Shown here: in pieces, positions 51,351 to 64,000 of the stretch
Layout: the number at the start of each line of letters is the position of its first letter
How positions within the stretch are numbered: the stretch's first letter is position 1
NCBI RefSeq assembly: GCF_006345805.1
Contig: NC_043001.1
Span: 100,874,001-100,938,000, forward strand
Source: Octopus sinensis
Lineage: Eukaryota
DNA: 64,000 nt
Reading direction: 5' to 3'
Made by a program: the position numbers and the translations under genes
Notes under the pieces: generated by a model
What the model was told of the DNA's origin: nothing
The model's input: only the letters and a program-made list of their open reading frames with translations
Database searches by the model: none

Positions 51351-54300
51351 AAAAAAAACTATTTCCATGTTTAAGTTATTTAACTTAAACCAGAAGCTGA
51401 GAAGATAGTTGTGGAAAAGAAGGAACAACGACAACATGTATAAACAACAATATTAAATAAAGAGTTAAATTGCAAAATAATATTTTAAAATGTTATATAA
51501 ACGAAATAGGGCAAAAGAGAAGTGAGTAAAGAAAAGATGCAGCATTCGTTGTGAAGCACTGGAATCAAAGCTGAAACCAAAATTTTGAGGACAAAACCAA
51601 AACATCACCATCAGAACCTACAAATGATTTATTATAATATTTAATTAGAAACAGAATACAAAATGTAATCACAGAATATATGGAGATTGATCGATTTTGC
51701 TGTTTGTCACATTATCCTCATCATTTAATGTCCAAATCCATGCTGGCATGGGTTGGATGGTTTGACAGGACCCAGTAAGCCAGTGAGCTACACTAAGCCT
51801 GTTTTGGCATGGTTTCTACCATTAGATCCCTTTCCTAATGCCAACCACGCTACAGAGTGTACTGGGTGCTTTTTACATGGCACCAGCACCAGTGCTTTAT
51901 ATGTGGCACTAGCAAAGGTACTTTTTATGTGGCATTGAATTCAGCAGCGCCATCTGTTTTAAGCACTTTGTCAGCTGCCACAATACAAAACCTTGAAATG
52001 ATGGTATTGTACTTTTTAAACAACAACAACAACCCATATTTGGTACTTGCCTCTAAACATTGAAAAAAAAACCAAACAAATAACAACATGGGCTTTCCAA
52101 CATCTTATTGCATAATTAAAAACTGCTTCGTTCACTGACACCCCTGAACTCAAACCCTGCCATTTGACTACATAAAATATTTCTAGCCCTTAATTCTCTG
52201 GAATTTTGTATGCTTAACCCCGGTTCCAGTGCTTAACCCCCAGTTCCTTGGTACAGTGAAAGCTGAAGTCATCCCTGGATAAAACACCAGTCTATCTCAG
52301 GTAAAATGTTCCTGAAATATCTGTTACCTACCCCTAATATCTAGATGTTTCTTTGTGGTTGCATAAACTGCTAGAAATAGCAACCAAATATCCTTAAAAT
52401 TTTTCTTTACTGTCTTCAAAAAGGAAACATCACAATATCTTTTATCTTTTGCCTGTTAAAGTCATTAGTCTGTAGCCATGCTGGAGCAATTGCTTTGAAG
52501 AATTTATGTTGAAGGAATCGAATCCCTGTACTTTTATTTTCCTAAGCCTGGTGTTTATTCTATTGGTCCCTTTTGTCAAACTGTTAAGTTACAGGGTATG
52601 TAAACACACCAACACACATTGTCAAGTAGTAGTGGGAGCACACACACAGAAAGACAAACACATAAGCACATGCACACACACACACACACATACACACACA
52701 TGCACATGGATGTGCACACACAGCCCAGGTCTATAGTGGAAGACACTCACCCATGGTGCCATGCAAGTGGGGCTGAACCTGAAACCATGTGGCCATGGAT
52801 TCCTGCATTGATAACAATGGAATCCAGTGTACTATTACAAAGAAGAGAGGATCAGTTAGAATGACTTTGATAATTGCTCTGCTTAATTAGGGTTAACTAA
52901 TGAAGCAGAGGTGGAATCTGGCAGATAAATTTAAATAAAATTTGTTATAGACTCAGGTGTTGCTGTGTGGTAAGAAGCTTGCTTCTGAACCACATGGTTC
53001 CAGGTTCAATCCCACTGCATGGCACCTTGGGCTGACCAAAGCCTTGTGAGTGGATTTGGTAGATGGAAATTAAGACAAACCTGTCGTATATGTGTGTGTG
53101 TGTTAGTGTGTGTGTGTGTGTATGTGTGGGTGTGTAAGTTTGTATGTGTGTTTCTTTGTGTTTTTCCCCACCATTGTTCAACAACCAGCGTTAGCGTGTT
53201 TATGTCCTTGTGACTTTACAGTTCAGCAAAAGCAATCGATAGAAAAAATACCAGTCATCAAACAACTAAGTGTTGGGGTTGATTTGTTTGGCTAAAATTC
53301 TTCAAGGCAATGCTCCAGCATGACCGCAGTCTCATGTCTGAAACAAGCTAATTTGCTCTTCCATAATATGTCTGATTAGTAAACTTTAAACAAGTCTACT
53401 CTCCTTTGTGCCCCCACAATATTTGTGGGAGGGATTAAAGGGTTAAAAATATATGGTTTTAAGGAAAAGCTATACTCAATTGAAACATCCCTCGATTCAT
53501 CACATAATTAACCCCATTGTATCACACTAATTGACCTCAGTAAGTCTTACTAATTAGCTTCAGTTAATCACCCTAATTAATCACTGTATATCACACTAAT
53601 CATAATAATTAACCCCCAATGTAATACCAAAAATTTTAAAGATAATATTAACATTAGCAACATTGAAATCAGAATGTAAAGAAATATGTTAAGCTCTCAT
53701 TCCTCCACTCTTTTGCCATTCCATGAAAATAAACCAAATAAAATATTGATTACTTAAAAGCACACACAAAAGAGGAGTTTGACTGCGCATACGCATACAC
53801 ATAATGTAAGACTTATATGCATACACACACACACAAACACACATGCTCTCTATCTCTTTCTCTCTCTGTGAGTCTCTCTTTGTCTCTTTCTCTCCCTCTC
53901 TCTTTCTCTTTCTCTCTGTCTGTCTGTATCTCTCTCTCTCTCTCTTGCATATTTATATACAAAACAGTTTGTTTTACAACATATATATTCATTTTGTCAA
54001 TATTTCAGGTCTGCACAATTAATGAAAGTGTTTCTCTCTCTCTCTCTCTCTTTTCTCCCTCTCCTCTTTTCTCCCCTTCCACTGCTCCTTTCTTTCTCCC
54101 TTTCCATATTGCTCTCCCTCTCTCTCTCCTTAATTCTTCCCCCTTTGCACCAATCTCCTCCTTCACCTTTACTGACACACAACTGGTTTGCCAGAACAAT
54201 CCACAGAAACTTGCCTGCTTCCCTAATTTGCTAAATATTAAAATCCATTTTGTATCATGTTTAACAAACCAGTTGTCACCATCCCTTTTATCCTATTCCA

Positions 54301-54418
54301 TTGGTCAGCTGTAGTCCAACACACCTTTACTTAAAAGCCTTTCATCCATGATCATCCAACTGTTTTGAGACATAGTGTATCTTGAGCTCCATTACCAAAT
54401 GTCTACTTCCTTGATTAA

Positions 54419-54630
54419 CCCTTTAGTATTTAAACCAGCCATATCTGGCCAAAATAGTTAATCTGTTTTATGTTCAAACTGACCAGATCCAGGCTCTCAC
54501 ACCTACCCTACAATATTATTCTACATTAAGTAATTGCACCATCAAGATCTTGAAGATATGAGATAATTAATTCAAATCAATGGGAATCAATAAGCATTAT
54601 GTTTGATAGAATAATCTGAACACTAAAGGG
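54419..54630. mobile_element. piggyBac-type MITE
   Basis: TTAA|ccctttagt ... actaaaggg|TTAA. Confidence 0.75.
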
Positions 54631-55748
54631 TTAAAACTGAAAGGTGTGATCTGAGGCAGATTTGGTTGCTATTTCTAACAGATTGAGCAACAATTTAAAA
54701 ACTGTACATTGACTCATAGTGGACTCATTTTCCAGTGCAATGATTAATTCTGCTAGATTTCTGTTAGTAAATGAATTCACGATAACATTAGCCAAGTAAT
54801 TTATTACACTTGGAAAATAAATTGACTGAACCAAATAGTGTTTAAAACTGAAAACTGATAAAGTAAATTGAAAAAAATATGAAAATTAAGAAAAAAAAAA
54901 GAAGAAAAATACAATTGGAAGAAAAGAAAGAAATATTAAAAAATATCAAATAAAAGTGAAAAATAAAAATGCTATTATTTCTCAGCTGAATTTAAGACAA
55001 TGCAAAATCATATTTTAAAGGACAAAAAACATGGTATGACGGTAGTGTATGATACAAGTAAATGATATTGTGGAGTAAATATCAAACTACTGTGAGAGAA
55101 AAAGGGAATATAAAGAAATACAAAAAAAATTAAAAAATATTCGGAGGCTGGATGGACAGGTTATGGGGAAACAAAAGTAGTAAGGGCTGATCTTAAAGAA
55201 CTGATATTTGCAAGGAAAACTAGCAAAAGGGTTGGGTGCAAAAATAAATAAATAAAAAGACCATGAAAATAAGAACGAAAAGAAAAGCCAACAAAAAAAG
55301 TACGAGAGTCTGTGAGACTGACTCATACGACTGATGCAAGCTGTAGAAGAGAAGGAGAAGGAAGCAGAAATGGATGTGAAATCAATGAGGATGCATTATG
55401 GAGAGGATTGTTTTCAACTTTCTCTCTGTCCAGCCATCGGCATTTTTCCTTTTCCTTTGTGAAAACAACATGAAAATGGTTCCAAAATGTCTGCCTGACT
55501 AACACCCATACACAAACACACACATACACACACACATATATATATGTATGTATAGATGTACAGATATGCGTGCATGTGCATGTATATGCATATGTATTAT
55601 ATATTATATTTCAATATATGTATGTATATGTATATATATATATATATATATATGCATACATATACATACATACATATATATATATGTATGTATATATGTA
55701 TATATATATATGCATATATATATATATGTATATGTGTGTATATATATG

Positions 55749-55787
<39 letters not shown>

Positions 55788-56523
55788 ATGCATATATGTA
55801 CACTTACACACAGATAGATAGGTAGGTAGATAGATAGATAGAAAGATAGATAGATAGCTAGGTAGATAGATAGATTTGTGTAAATGTTACTCATTCATAA
55901 ATTTCTATCAACTTTTCTATGTGTGTATGGGCATGCATGTGTATCAGTGTGTAAATAAGTATATTTTCACATGTTGCACATATGTGCTTAGGTATGAGAA
56001 TGTGTGTGTTAGTCACACGCATTACATATACGTATTGATAAACTGAGGCGTATGTGTGTATGTTTCTGTGCATTTATGGATATAAACTGGCTGATTCAAA
56101 CCCATCAAGCCATTTGAATTGCCAACTAATAAATAATTTACACAATTATCAACTGGAAACTAAATTGACTAATTAAATAAATAAATGCTCAGGTATTTAA
56201 AAATAAATACTAACAAAGATATAACGAGAAACATTTTAATTATAGCAATACTGCGACACACGATTTAAGAGTCTAGAATAATATATTACTACATTGCATC
56301 CGAACAGAGTCTACAATATCTCATAACATGACCACCATCGCTGATGCACTGGAAGTAGCAGTCAGCAGCTTAAAAAGCAAGGTCCACATTGAATAACAGA
56401 GCCCCAAATATACAATAACTGTGAAAAATATATACCCTGATATCAATAGCTGGAATGCTTTTGATCATGTCTTCCCTATCAAGGCTGACCTGGGACTAAA
56501 CATCACCTTTCCTTATGCTCTAG

Positions 56524-56785
56524 CATAGGGGTACTCAACCATTTCTTACCTGTGGGCCCTTTTCATTCTTATTTTACTCTATTGGACCCCCATCAACATT
56601 CATCTTTTAAAAATATCCTATTATTATATTTTCATAATTAAATATTATTAGAAATTATCTTAAAATATTGTTTAAACATTTTGTGTATCATAGAAGTATA
56701 AACAATTTATTGTATATAAATTCTAACAACAAAATCTTCTAGGGACCTTGAAAGGGTCATAATGGATCTTGGTTGAAAACCATTA
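56524..56785. mobile_element. Decayed hAT (Charlie-like) MITE
   Basis: Ends ...gggtactcaacc / ggttgaaaaccatta; tctag on both flanks. Confidence 0.45.
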
Positions 56786-56794
56786 TTCTAGCCC

Positions 56795-56944
56795 AATATC
56801 ATAAGTAACCCAATGTCATAGGTAACCCATGTCATAAGCAACAATGTTATAAGTAACACCTAGCACAATGTCATAAGTAATCCATGTCATAAGCAACAAT
56901 GTTATAAGTAACCCATGTCATAAGCAACAATGTCATAAGTAACC
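56795..56944. repeat. Minisatellite of 14/15-bp units atgtcataag(t/c)aac, alternating into a 29-bp dimer
   Basis: About 9-10 units seen directly. Confidence 0.9.
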
Positions 56945-57829
56945 TGTACGTGAGTGCAGCTCTGTTGGTTTGACTGTACTTGCAGTTCAAAAATCCTCGC
57001 CTTTGGATCAAAGATACACAGTCACTTGTAGCGACTATTTATCCCACAGACAGTTATACTCTTAATACAATACTCAGAAGAGTCTGTGTTGCACAGTGCA
57101 TGACAAGGCTACGATCTTTGAATTGCACGTAGAGTCCAGCCAACAAAGCTTCTGTCTAGTTTCAATCAACCCAATGGGAACTGGATAGACTCTGTTTGGT
57201 CTAAAGCTATGACCAGGATGTTATAAAGTGCAACTAAAATCAAGCCCTATGGTGGTGAAACAAAATTCTTAACCATTTGGCCAAGTGTACACCAGTTTAC
57301 TTCCAACTCTAGCACAATTTACCCCATTTCATTGGAGCATAACCAACTGCAGTACACTACTCCAAATTCCAGCACATTATACTTCAATGCCACACAGCAC
57401 AATGAATATTAGTTCTAGTGCAATATATCTCACCAGACCACAACATACAACACCACACAGCCCATGGTACCCTCACAGCTTTGCAGTACCTCACACTATT
57501 TTTTTTTACTTGAGCCAAAAATCACAGTATAAACAATACTTTTCACTGTATTACATTAAAATTTTACTAACTCAAGCTAATGGCAGTGCCTCTAATTGGA
57601 CGTTCAACCAGCTAGAAATAGCAGTCCAATTTGTCTTTATTATTACATTAGATTATGTAGTCCTTGATGTAAAGATAACAGATTGCCACGGCTGTTAATT
57701 GGCTCAATAAGAGCTGACCAAAGATCAAACAATAAAGTAAAGTAGTCTCACAATAAACAAGACTACACTCTACAATGCTACCACTACTTTATAGATGATG
57801 GGGGTTTCAATTCACTGACTGTATTATTT

Positions 57830-57877
<48 letters not shown>

Positions 57878-58476
57878 GTTGGCATTATTGTGTCCCAGAT
57901 GGAACACATCTCTCATCTTTTAAATCTCATTAATCCTAAGTTGAGTCCTGGTCATTAAAGAGCCTGAGGTACTACCAAAGGTCTATACGTATAATTATAT
58001 GTATATCAAGTTAAGAATATTGTCCTCCACTGGCATTGCTATGCTATCAGAGTGAGATTTTGTTTACTGGAGATGGAGACTGATGGCTATTTGTAAGAAA
58101 AGACACAAAACTGACCAGCTCAAAGTCAGGGCCTATTAGAATTAATCTGCTGACCAGTAGTGGAAGGGGAATCTTTATTGCTATTTTCTTCTGATTTCAT
58201 TGATATCACAAAGGAATGGTGGATGTAGAATTAATTTCATTATTAAGTTTAACCTCCTCTCTCTCTCTCTCTCCCTCTCCCTCTTTCTCTCTTTCTCTCA
58301 CAATTCCGAGTTCAATTCCAAAATGATTTTGATTTTGCCATTTATCCCTGTGGGAATAGGTTATTAATATAAGCGTGAGAAATGCACTCAAGGTCAATTT
58401 AATTGACTGTGCTCTTCATCTCTAACAGTTGGCTTTTGCCCAACTAAGAAATAATTATAAGAACGGTGTCACTTAC

Positions 58477-58551
58477 CACCTACTCCACTACTGGAATCTG
58501 AGATGGATTTCTCTGGAACTCCACCCTTAACCCTAAAGCCATTGACGAACC
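58477..58551 (-). other. Possible coding exon of an unidentified host gene
   Basis: 75 nt, phase 1-1, open (FVNGFRVKGGVPEKSISDSSSGVG), strong donor GTG|GTAAGT, weak acceptor. Confidence 0.25.
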
Positions 58552-59693
58552 CTGAATGTCATTAAGTTTCAGTTATTATAACATTTGAGATATCAGAAAC
58601 ACAAGTCTCTGCAAGCAGCAAAATGTCTGCTGTGAGAGGAGAAGAAAACATACTGCATGGCTCAGCATCCTGCCTTACCTCATCCCATCGCATCCTGCCT
58701 TAAACTACATCATCACTTCACCTCATCACACTTGCTCCATGTCACAACTCATTTCAACAAAAATTAATTTGAAAATAAGGAAATTAATTTCTGTCTTTTT
58801 TTTTTCTCCCATCAACATTCAATTTTGACATTGTGGTCTCATTTCATTTCTCTTGTGATGATTATAATGATGATAAGGATGATAATAACAATGTTAATAA
58901 TGATGACGACGACGACGACAATGACAACAGCAATAATGATGATTCAATGCTCTGCAACCAGTTGCCTTGTTCTTTGACAGTGCAGAACTTATATCTATTT
59001 AACCAGCCTGGCAAGAGATAATGTTGGTAGAATACAACAATTGGTTGCTGGAGTAATTTAAGCGAAGCAAATCTGAGTGAGTCATTGTGATAGTGTTGAT
59101 GTTCTACTGCTACCATGGCAACCAATGTTATTTCTTTTTTTAAGTATAAGTTTGAAAGCTGAGTCAATGGAGACGAGTTCCAACTAAATGAAATCTCCAA
59201 CCGGTTTAAATGCCCAAATCTCTGATATCCAAGTGGATAAAAAGTGTCAGCAAACAGGCACCCAGGTGTCATAACCTCCATGTGGCCGATGATATGTGCA
59301 TATCTGATCACGAGCAGAAGTAGTGGGGGGAGCATCATAACCATGTGTTGAGAGGGATTATTGGAGGTTTGGATAATTTACCTCTGGAAACATGGGTGGT
59401 TCGTTCAACATCCTTAAACAATCCTTATTCAGGGACCTTTTGAGCAGGATGGGTTACTCGACCAGAAGAGAATTCTAACTGGGCCCCACCTGCAAGGTCA
59501 TGTGCTGTTTATCTTGATATGAGATCACCATGTCGCACACATATGGTTGTGATGCATGTGCCTGGTGTACCCTTATCAGACGGGTAGTCGTGATGGGTAT
59601 ACTGGGCTTCGTATATTTTACCCAAGTGTCACTTTGATGGCATGCACTGCTCTCTCAATAATAATTTGATTGCTCACTCAATAATAATAATAA

Positions 59694-60600
59694 GTACATG
59701 AAACAAATAGGGGCTGCATAAGTTACAGCTACAATATCCTTAACTGGACACTAAATAAACTAATCAAAATAGACAGGAAAACAAGAAAAATAATGACAGG
59801 ATTTAGGATGCACCACCCAAAATCTGACATAGAAAGGTTATATATACAACGTATTAAAGGTGGTAGGGGCATTATACAGCTGGAAAACTATTACCTGATA
59901 ATCACCATAGGACTACAAAAATACTTACTTCAGAAGCAAGAAAAACTAATACAAATAGCTACAAAACACAAACAGAACAAAAAGCAGTTTTCAGTCTTTA
60001 AGGAAACTGACGAATACAAACAAGAAATGATACTACCTAACTATGAAGGAAAAGAAAAAAACAACAAAAGCTATAAAACAACTGAAATCCAAACTAAAAC
60101 TAGAACAGCAACGGATCATGATAAAATGATGACAAGAAAAGCCCCTTCATGGCAAATACAGGTTTAAACTAAAGAAATAGACAAGGTAAAATCCCAGCAA
60201 TGGCTGAAAAGCTCAGGACTCAAAGCAGAGACTGAAGGATTTTTAATTGCAGCACAATATCTGTTGGTATTGATGTATCAATACCGACAGATGACAATAT
60301 TTCTCTAAAAGAAATGGGGAAACTATAAAAAAACAAAGACCTGTGGAATCTAAAAACAGAAGCAATTCCTATCATAGTGGATGCATTAGGTATGATAAAA
60401 AAAACATTCAGACAAATACATAACAAAATCACCAGGACTTACAAATATATATAACATACAGAAAATAACACTACTAGGCACTGCACACGTTTACAACAGT
60501 GAAAATAAGAGCATCACAGCAAACCACAGTACTTACCCAAGGCACACAGAGCAGTGCTCGGTAGTGCAGTTAAAGGACATGATAAAATAAAGACTACTGA
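59694..60600 (+). mobile_element. 5'-truncated R4/Dong-clade LINE relic inserted in (TAA)n
   Basis: SYSYNILNWT..IDRKTRK..HHPKSDIERLY..GGRG; WLKSSGLKAETEGFLIAAQ; REL-domain SIPTDDNI..KE..K.KDL..PIIVDALG..IQKITLLGTAH; (TAA)n at both ends. Confidence 0.85.
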
Positions 60601-60831
60601 ATAATAATAATAATAATGATAATAATAATAATAATGATAACGATAATGGTTTTCGATTTTGACACAAGGCCAGCAATTTCAGAGGAGCAGGAAAGTAATT
60701 TATAGTTGATTACATCAACCCTAATTGCTCAACTTGTGAGGATGAAAAGCAAAGTCGACCTCAGCAGAATTTGAACTCAGAGTCTAAAGACAAATGTGTT
60801 ATGATTCTGCCAGTTCTCTGCCTGCATACTG

Positions 60832-60962
<131 letters not shown>

Positions 60963-61800
60963 AACATTACTTTCATCATCATCATTATTACTACTATTAC
61001 TACTACTACAATTGCCGCCATGGCTGCTGCTGTTGTTGTTGTTGTTGTTGTCTATTTTGTTATTAAATGAGAAGTTGCTTTATAAAGATTATTAAAGTGC
61101 CTCTCTAAACATATTTCCTTCCTCTCTCTGACGTTGCTAAAAGAAGATCAAAGGGAGTTACAGCCATTGACACCTCCAAATTACAGCTGATCCTCTACTT
61201 TGTTTCCAGCAAAGATCCATTGTAAAAATCAGAAAAATTAAATTTTCATTTGTTCAATATGATTTTCTTAGTCTGGTCTTCATATATTCATTGCTTTCAT
61301 TTTTTTTTTTGTCCTTTTTCATTTCTTATATCGCTGCCAGGTTGTATGGAACCAAAACCTATTTCAGATTGGAATTTTCAGTTCCAAGTGGTTTTTCATA
61401 TGTTGTTTCATATCTAATATGCTTATCTCAAATCCATATGCATATCTTGTGGTGGTCTACTGTCTGTGCTTTAACATCACCATCATCATCATCATCATCA
61501 TCATCGTTATTATTGCTATTGTTTCCTCATCTCTATTCCACTTTTTTGCATCGTTATACATTTTGTTTCTTATTTTCTTTTTTGCTTCATCTTTAGTTCT
61601 CTTGTATTCATTAAGAAACAATTTCTTAACATGTTCCATTGAAGATCATAATGTCGTTTTACCCTCCATTCTGCCCAAATTCCAAGACCAACTTTCTTCA
61701 ACACTTCACTCAACAATCCAATTTTTTAAAAAATTTTCTATCTGTCTCTGTCTCTCTCTCACTCTCTCTGTGCATGTATGTACATATGTGTGTGTGTGTG

Positions 61801-61833
<33 letters not shown>

Positions 61834-62058
61834 CATATTTATATATACATATATATATACATATATTATATATATACATATATATGTATACATACATATA
61901 TACATATATATGTATACATACATATATACATATATATGTGTGTGTATATATACATATATATATATATATATTATATATATACATATTTATATATACATAT
62001 ATATATATATACATATATATATACATATATACATATATATGTATACATACATATATAC

Positions 62059-62107
<49 letters not shown>

Positions 62108-62150
62108 TATATATATGAATATATTTATATATATATGCCTATATATATGC

Positions 62151-62203
<53 letters not shown>

Positions 62204-62244
62204 ATTTATATATATATATAAGCACACATGTTTACATACATATG

Positions 62245-62281
<37 letters not shown>

Positions 62282-62802
62282 GCCCATGATACATTATTAT
62301 CTTAAGGCAAAATAAGTAAATACATAGAAAAACTTAAGAGATAAGTTTCTGATGCACTCCTTAAATATACATTTTCTCACCTGCTACCAGCGACTTTTAA
62401 AGAGTAATGAGGCAAAATAATAATAATAATGATGATGATAATGATGATGATGATGAGAAGGAGGAGGAGGATGCGAATAAACAATAGTAATAGAGGAATA
62501 AGAATACAAGTGTTACAAGTAGCATCATTCTTCATATTCTATTTCATTATTGTCTATTCAGCACACACACACACACACACATACTCTCTCACATACACAC
62601 ATGCACACATAGACTGGCAAGGACATGTAGATACACACATGCACACAAGTGTACAGATGCATTCACTCCTTCGTCCTTTTTTTTCTTTTAAGCTGCTTCA
62701 ACAATTTTAATGAGCAGCATCTCTTCATTTCAACTCGACAGTCTTTTTGCTACTTTGGCTTTCAGAAAGGAATCAAACCAGACGCAGAACTTCAAAACAA
62801 CA

Positions 62803-62845
<43 letters not shown>

Positions 62846-63323
62846 AATGAACATATACACACACATATATATACCTCAAAGTAATATATATATATATTCA
62901 TATATAACACAACATAATGTATATGTATATTATATATTCATACATAATATATGTATTCGTAGATAATAGAACTTACTATAATATATACATGATATATTTA
63001 TATATAATGTGTTGGTGCCACATAAAAAGCACCCATGCTGGTGCCACCTTGTGAAGTGGTTGGCATTAGGAAGATAGATCCACGGCATTCTGTGAAGTGG
63101 TTGGTAAAGAGCATCCAAATGTAGAAGCAATGTCCAAAATTGAAAAACTGAACAAAGGTGTGGTCTACCCTCGGGATCCAGCATATGTCAGTATGGACAG
63201 GAGATGAAACATTCATAATGATATTTATATCTGTACTCATGCACACACACACACACATGTATATACAAATACAGCCCACATAAACATACATATATATACA
63301 TAAATGTGCACACACACACACAC

Positions 63324-63373
<50 letters not shown>

Positions 63374-63423
63374 GAAGGTTGTAAAGTGGCAGCATATTAA
63401 AATACCTTTAAAGGTTAAAATTA

Positions 63424-63741
63424 TAAACAACTTATAAACAAGGGCAAAAGAAAAACTATTTCCATGCCAATATGCTAAGAACAGACTTTTAAATCGTCAA
63501 TTTCCACATATCATTATACACTCACTATAAATACATGTTGTGCTGAAATCAGGACGGCTTGCTGATAGTATTTTAAAAAGAAGTTCGTTATTTCTATATT
63601 GAATCAATTTCGGGATTAATCTCATAATAGATTTTTTTCTCTATAGTGAGTGTATAATGAAATGTGGAAATTGACGATTTAAAGTCTGTTATCAGCATAT
63701 TGGTATGGAAATAATTTTTCTTTTGCCCTTGTTTATAAGTT

Positions 63742-63744
<3 letters not shown>
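63424..63744. repeat. Inverted repeat with about 105-bp arms between (TA)n tracts
   Basis: 63424-63529 is the reverse complement of 63635-63744. Confidence 0.85.
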
Positions 63745-63796
<52 letters not shown>

Positions 63797-64000
63797 GAAA
63801 TAGAAAGATGAATAATCTTGTTGCAGATTAATCAAAAGTTTAACCGATACCTTGGTAGCAAAAATCACAGCAGAAGACAGCACGGTTGGAGGTACAACCC
63901 TATGGTGTTGCAACCGTGCGTTGGTGCGGATAATTGAATTTTAATATTATTAGTGAATTGAAGAAATGGAGTTGAACGAAGATTGAACAGAAATCGTTTT

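Noticed and set aside
56795-56944. Short repeat array that might resemble CRISPR
   Set aside because: The units are contiguous with no unique spacers, the DNA is eukaryotic and there are no cas genes; it is a minisatellite.
63880-63919. gcacggttg/caaccgtgc hairpin
   Set aside because: A single 9-bp stem with no ribozyme core or other context.

Overview
Eukaryotic, AT-rich, microsatellite-saturated intronic/intergenic DNA. The repeat families look like those of Octopus (inference from recalled repeat sequences, not from a search). No host protein-coding gene can be called with confidence; nearly all ORF-track entries are microsatellite artefacts. The one real long ORF is a young, 5'-truncated RTE-clade LINE (8893-10963) whose RT carries an internal C4HC3 PHD finger. 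The window also holds decayed R4/Dong, RTE/APE, CR1/L2-like, Tx1-like and pogo/Tigger relics, tRNA-derived SINEs, hAT- and piggyBac-type MITEs, a non-autonomous Helitron, and an identical 519-bp tandem duplication. The main unannotated signal is about a dozen type I hammerhead-ribozyme folds from roughly 8 sequence-unrelated families, plus several decayed copies. Many have the short palindromic helix III typical of Penelope-like-element hammerheads. They sit in (TA)n tracts, in same-strand tandems, and at the tips of long inverted repeats. All folds were done by eye; activity is untested.
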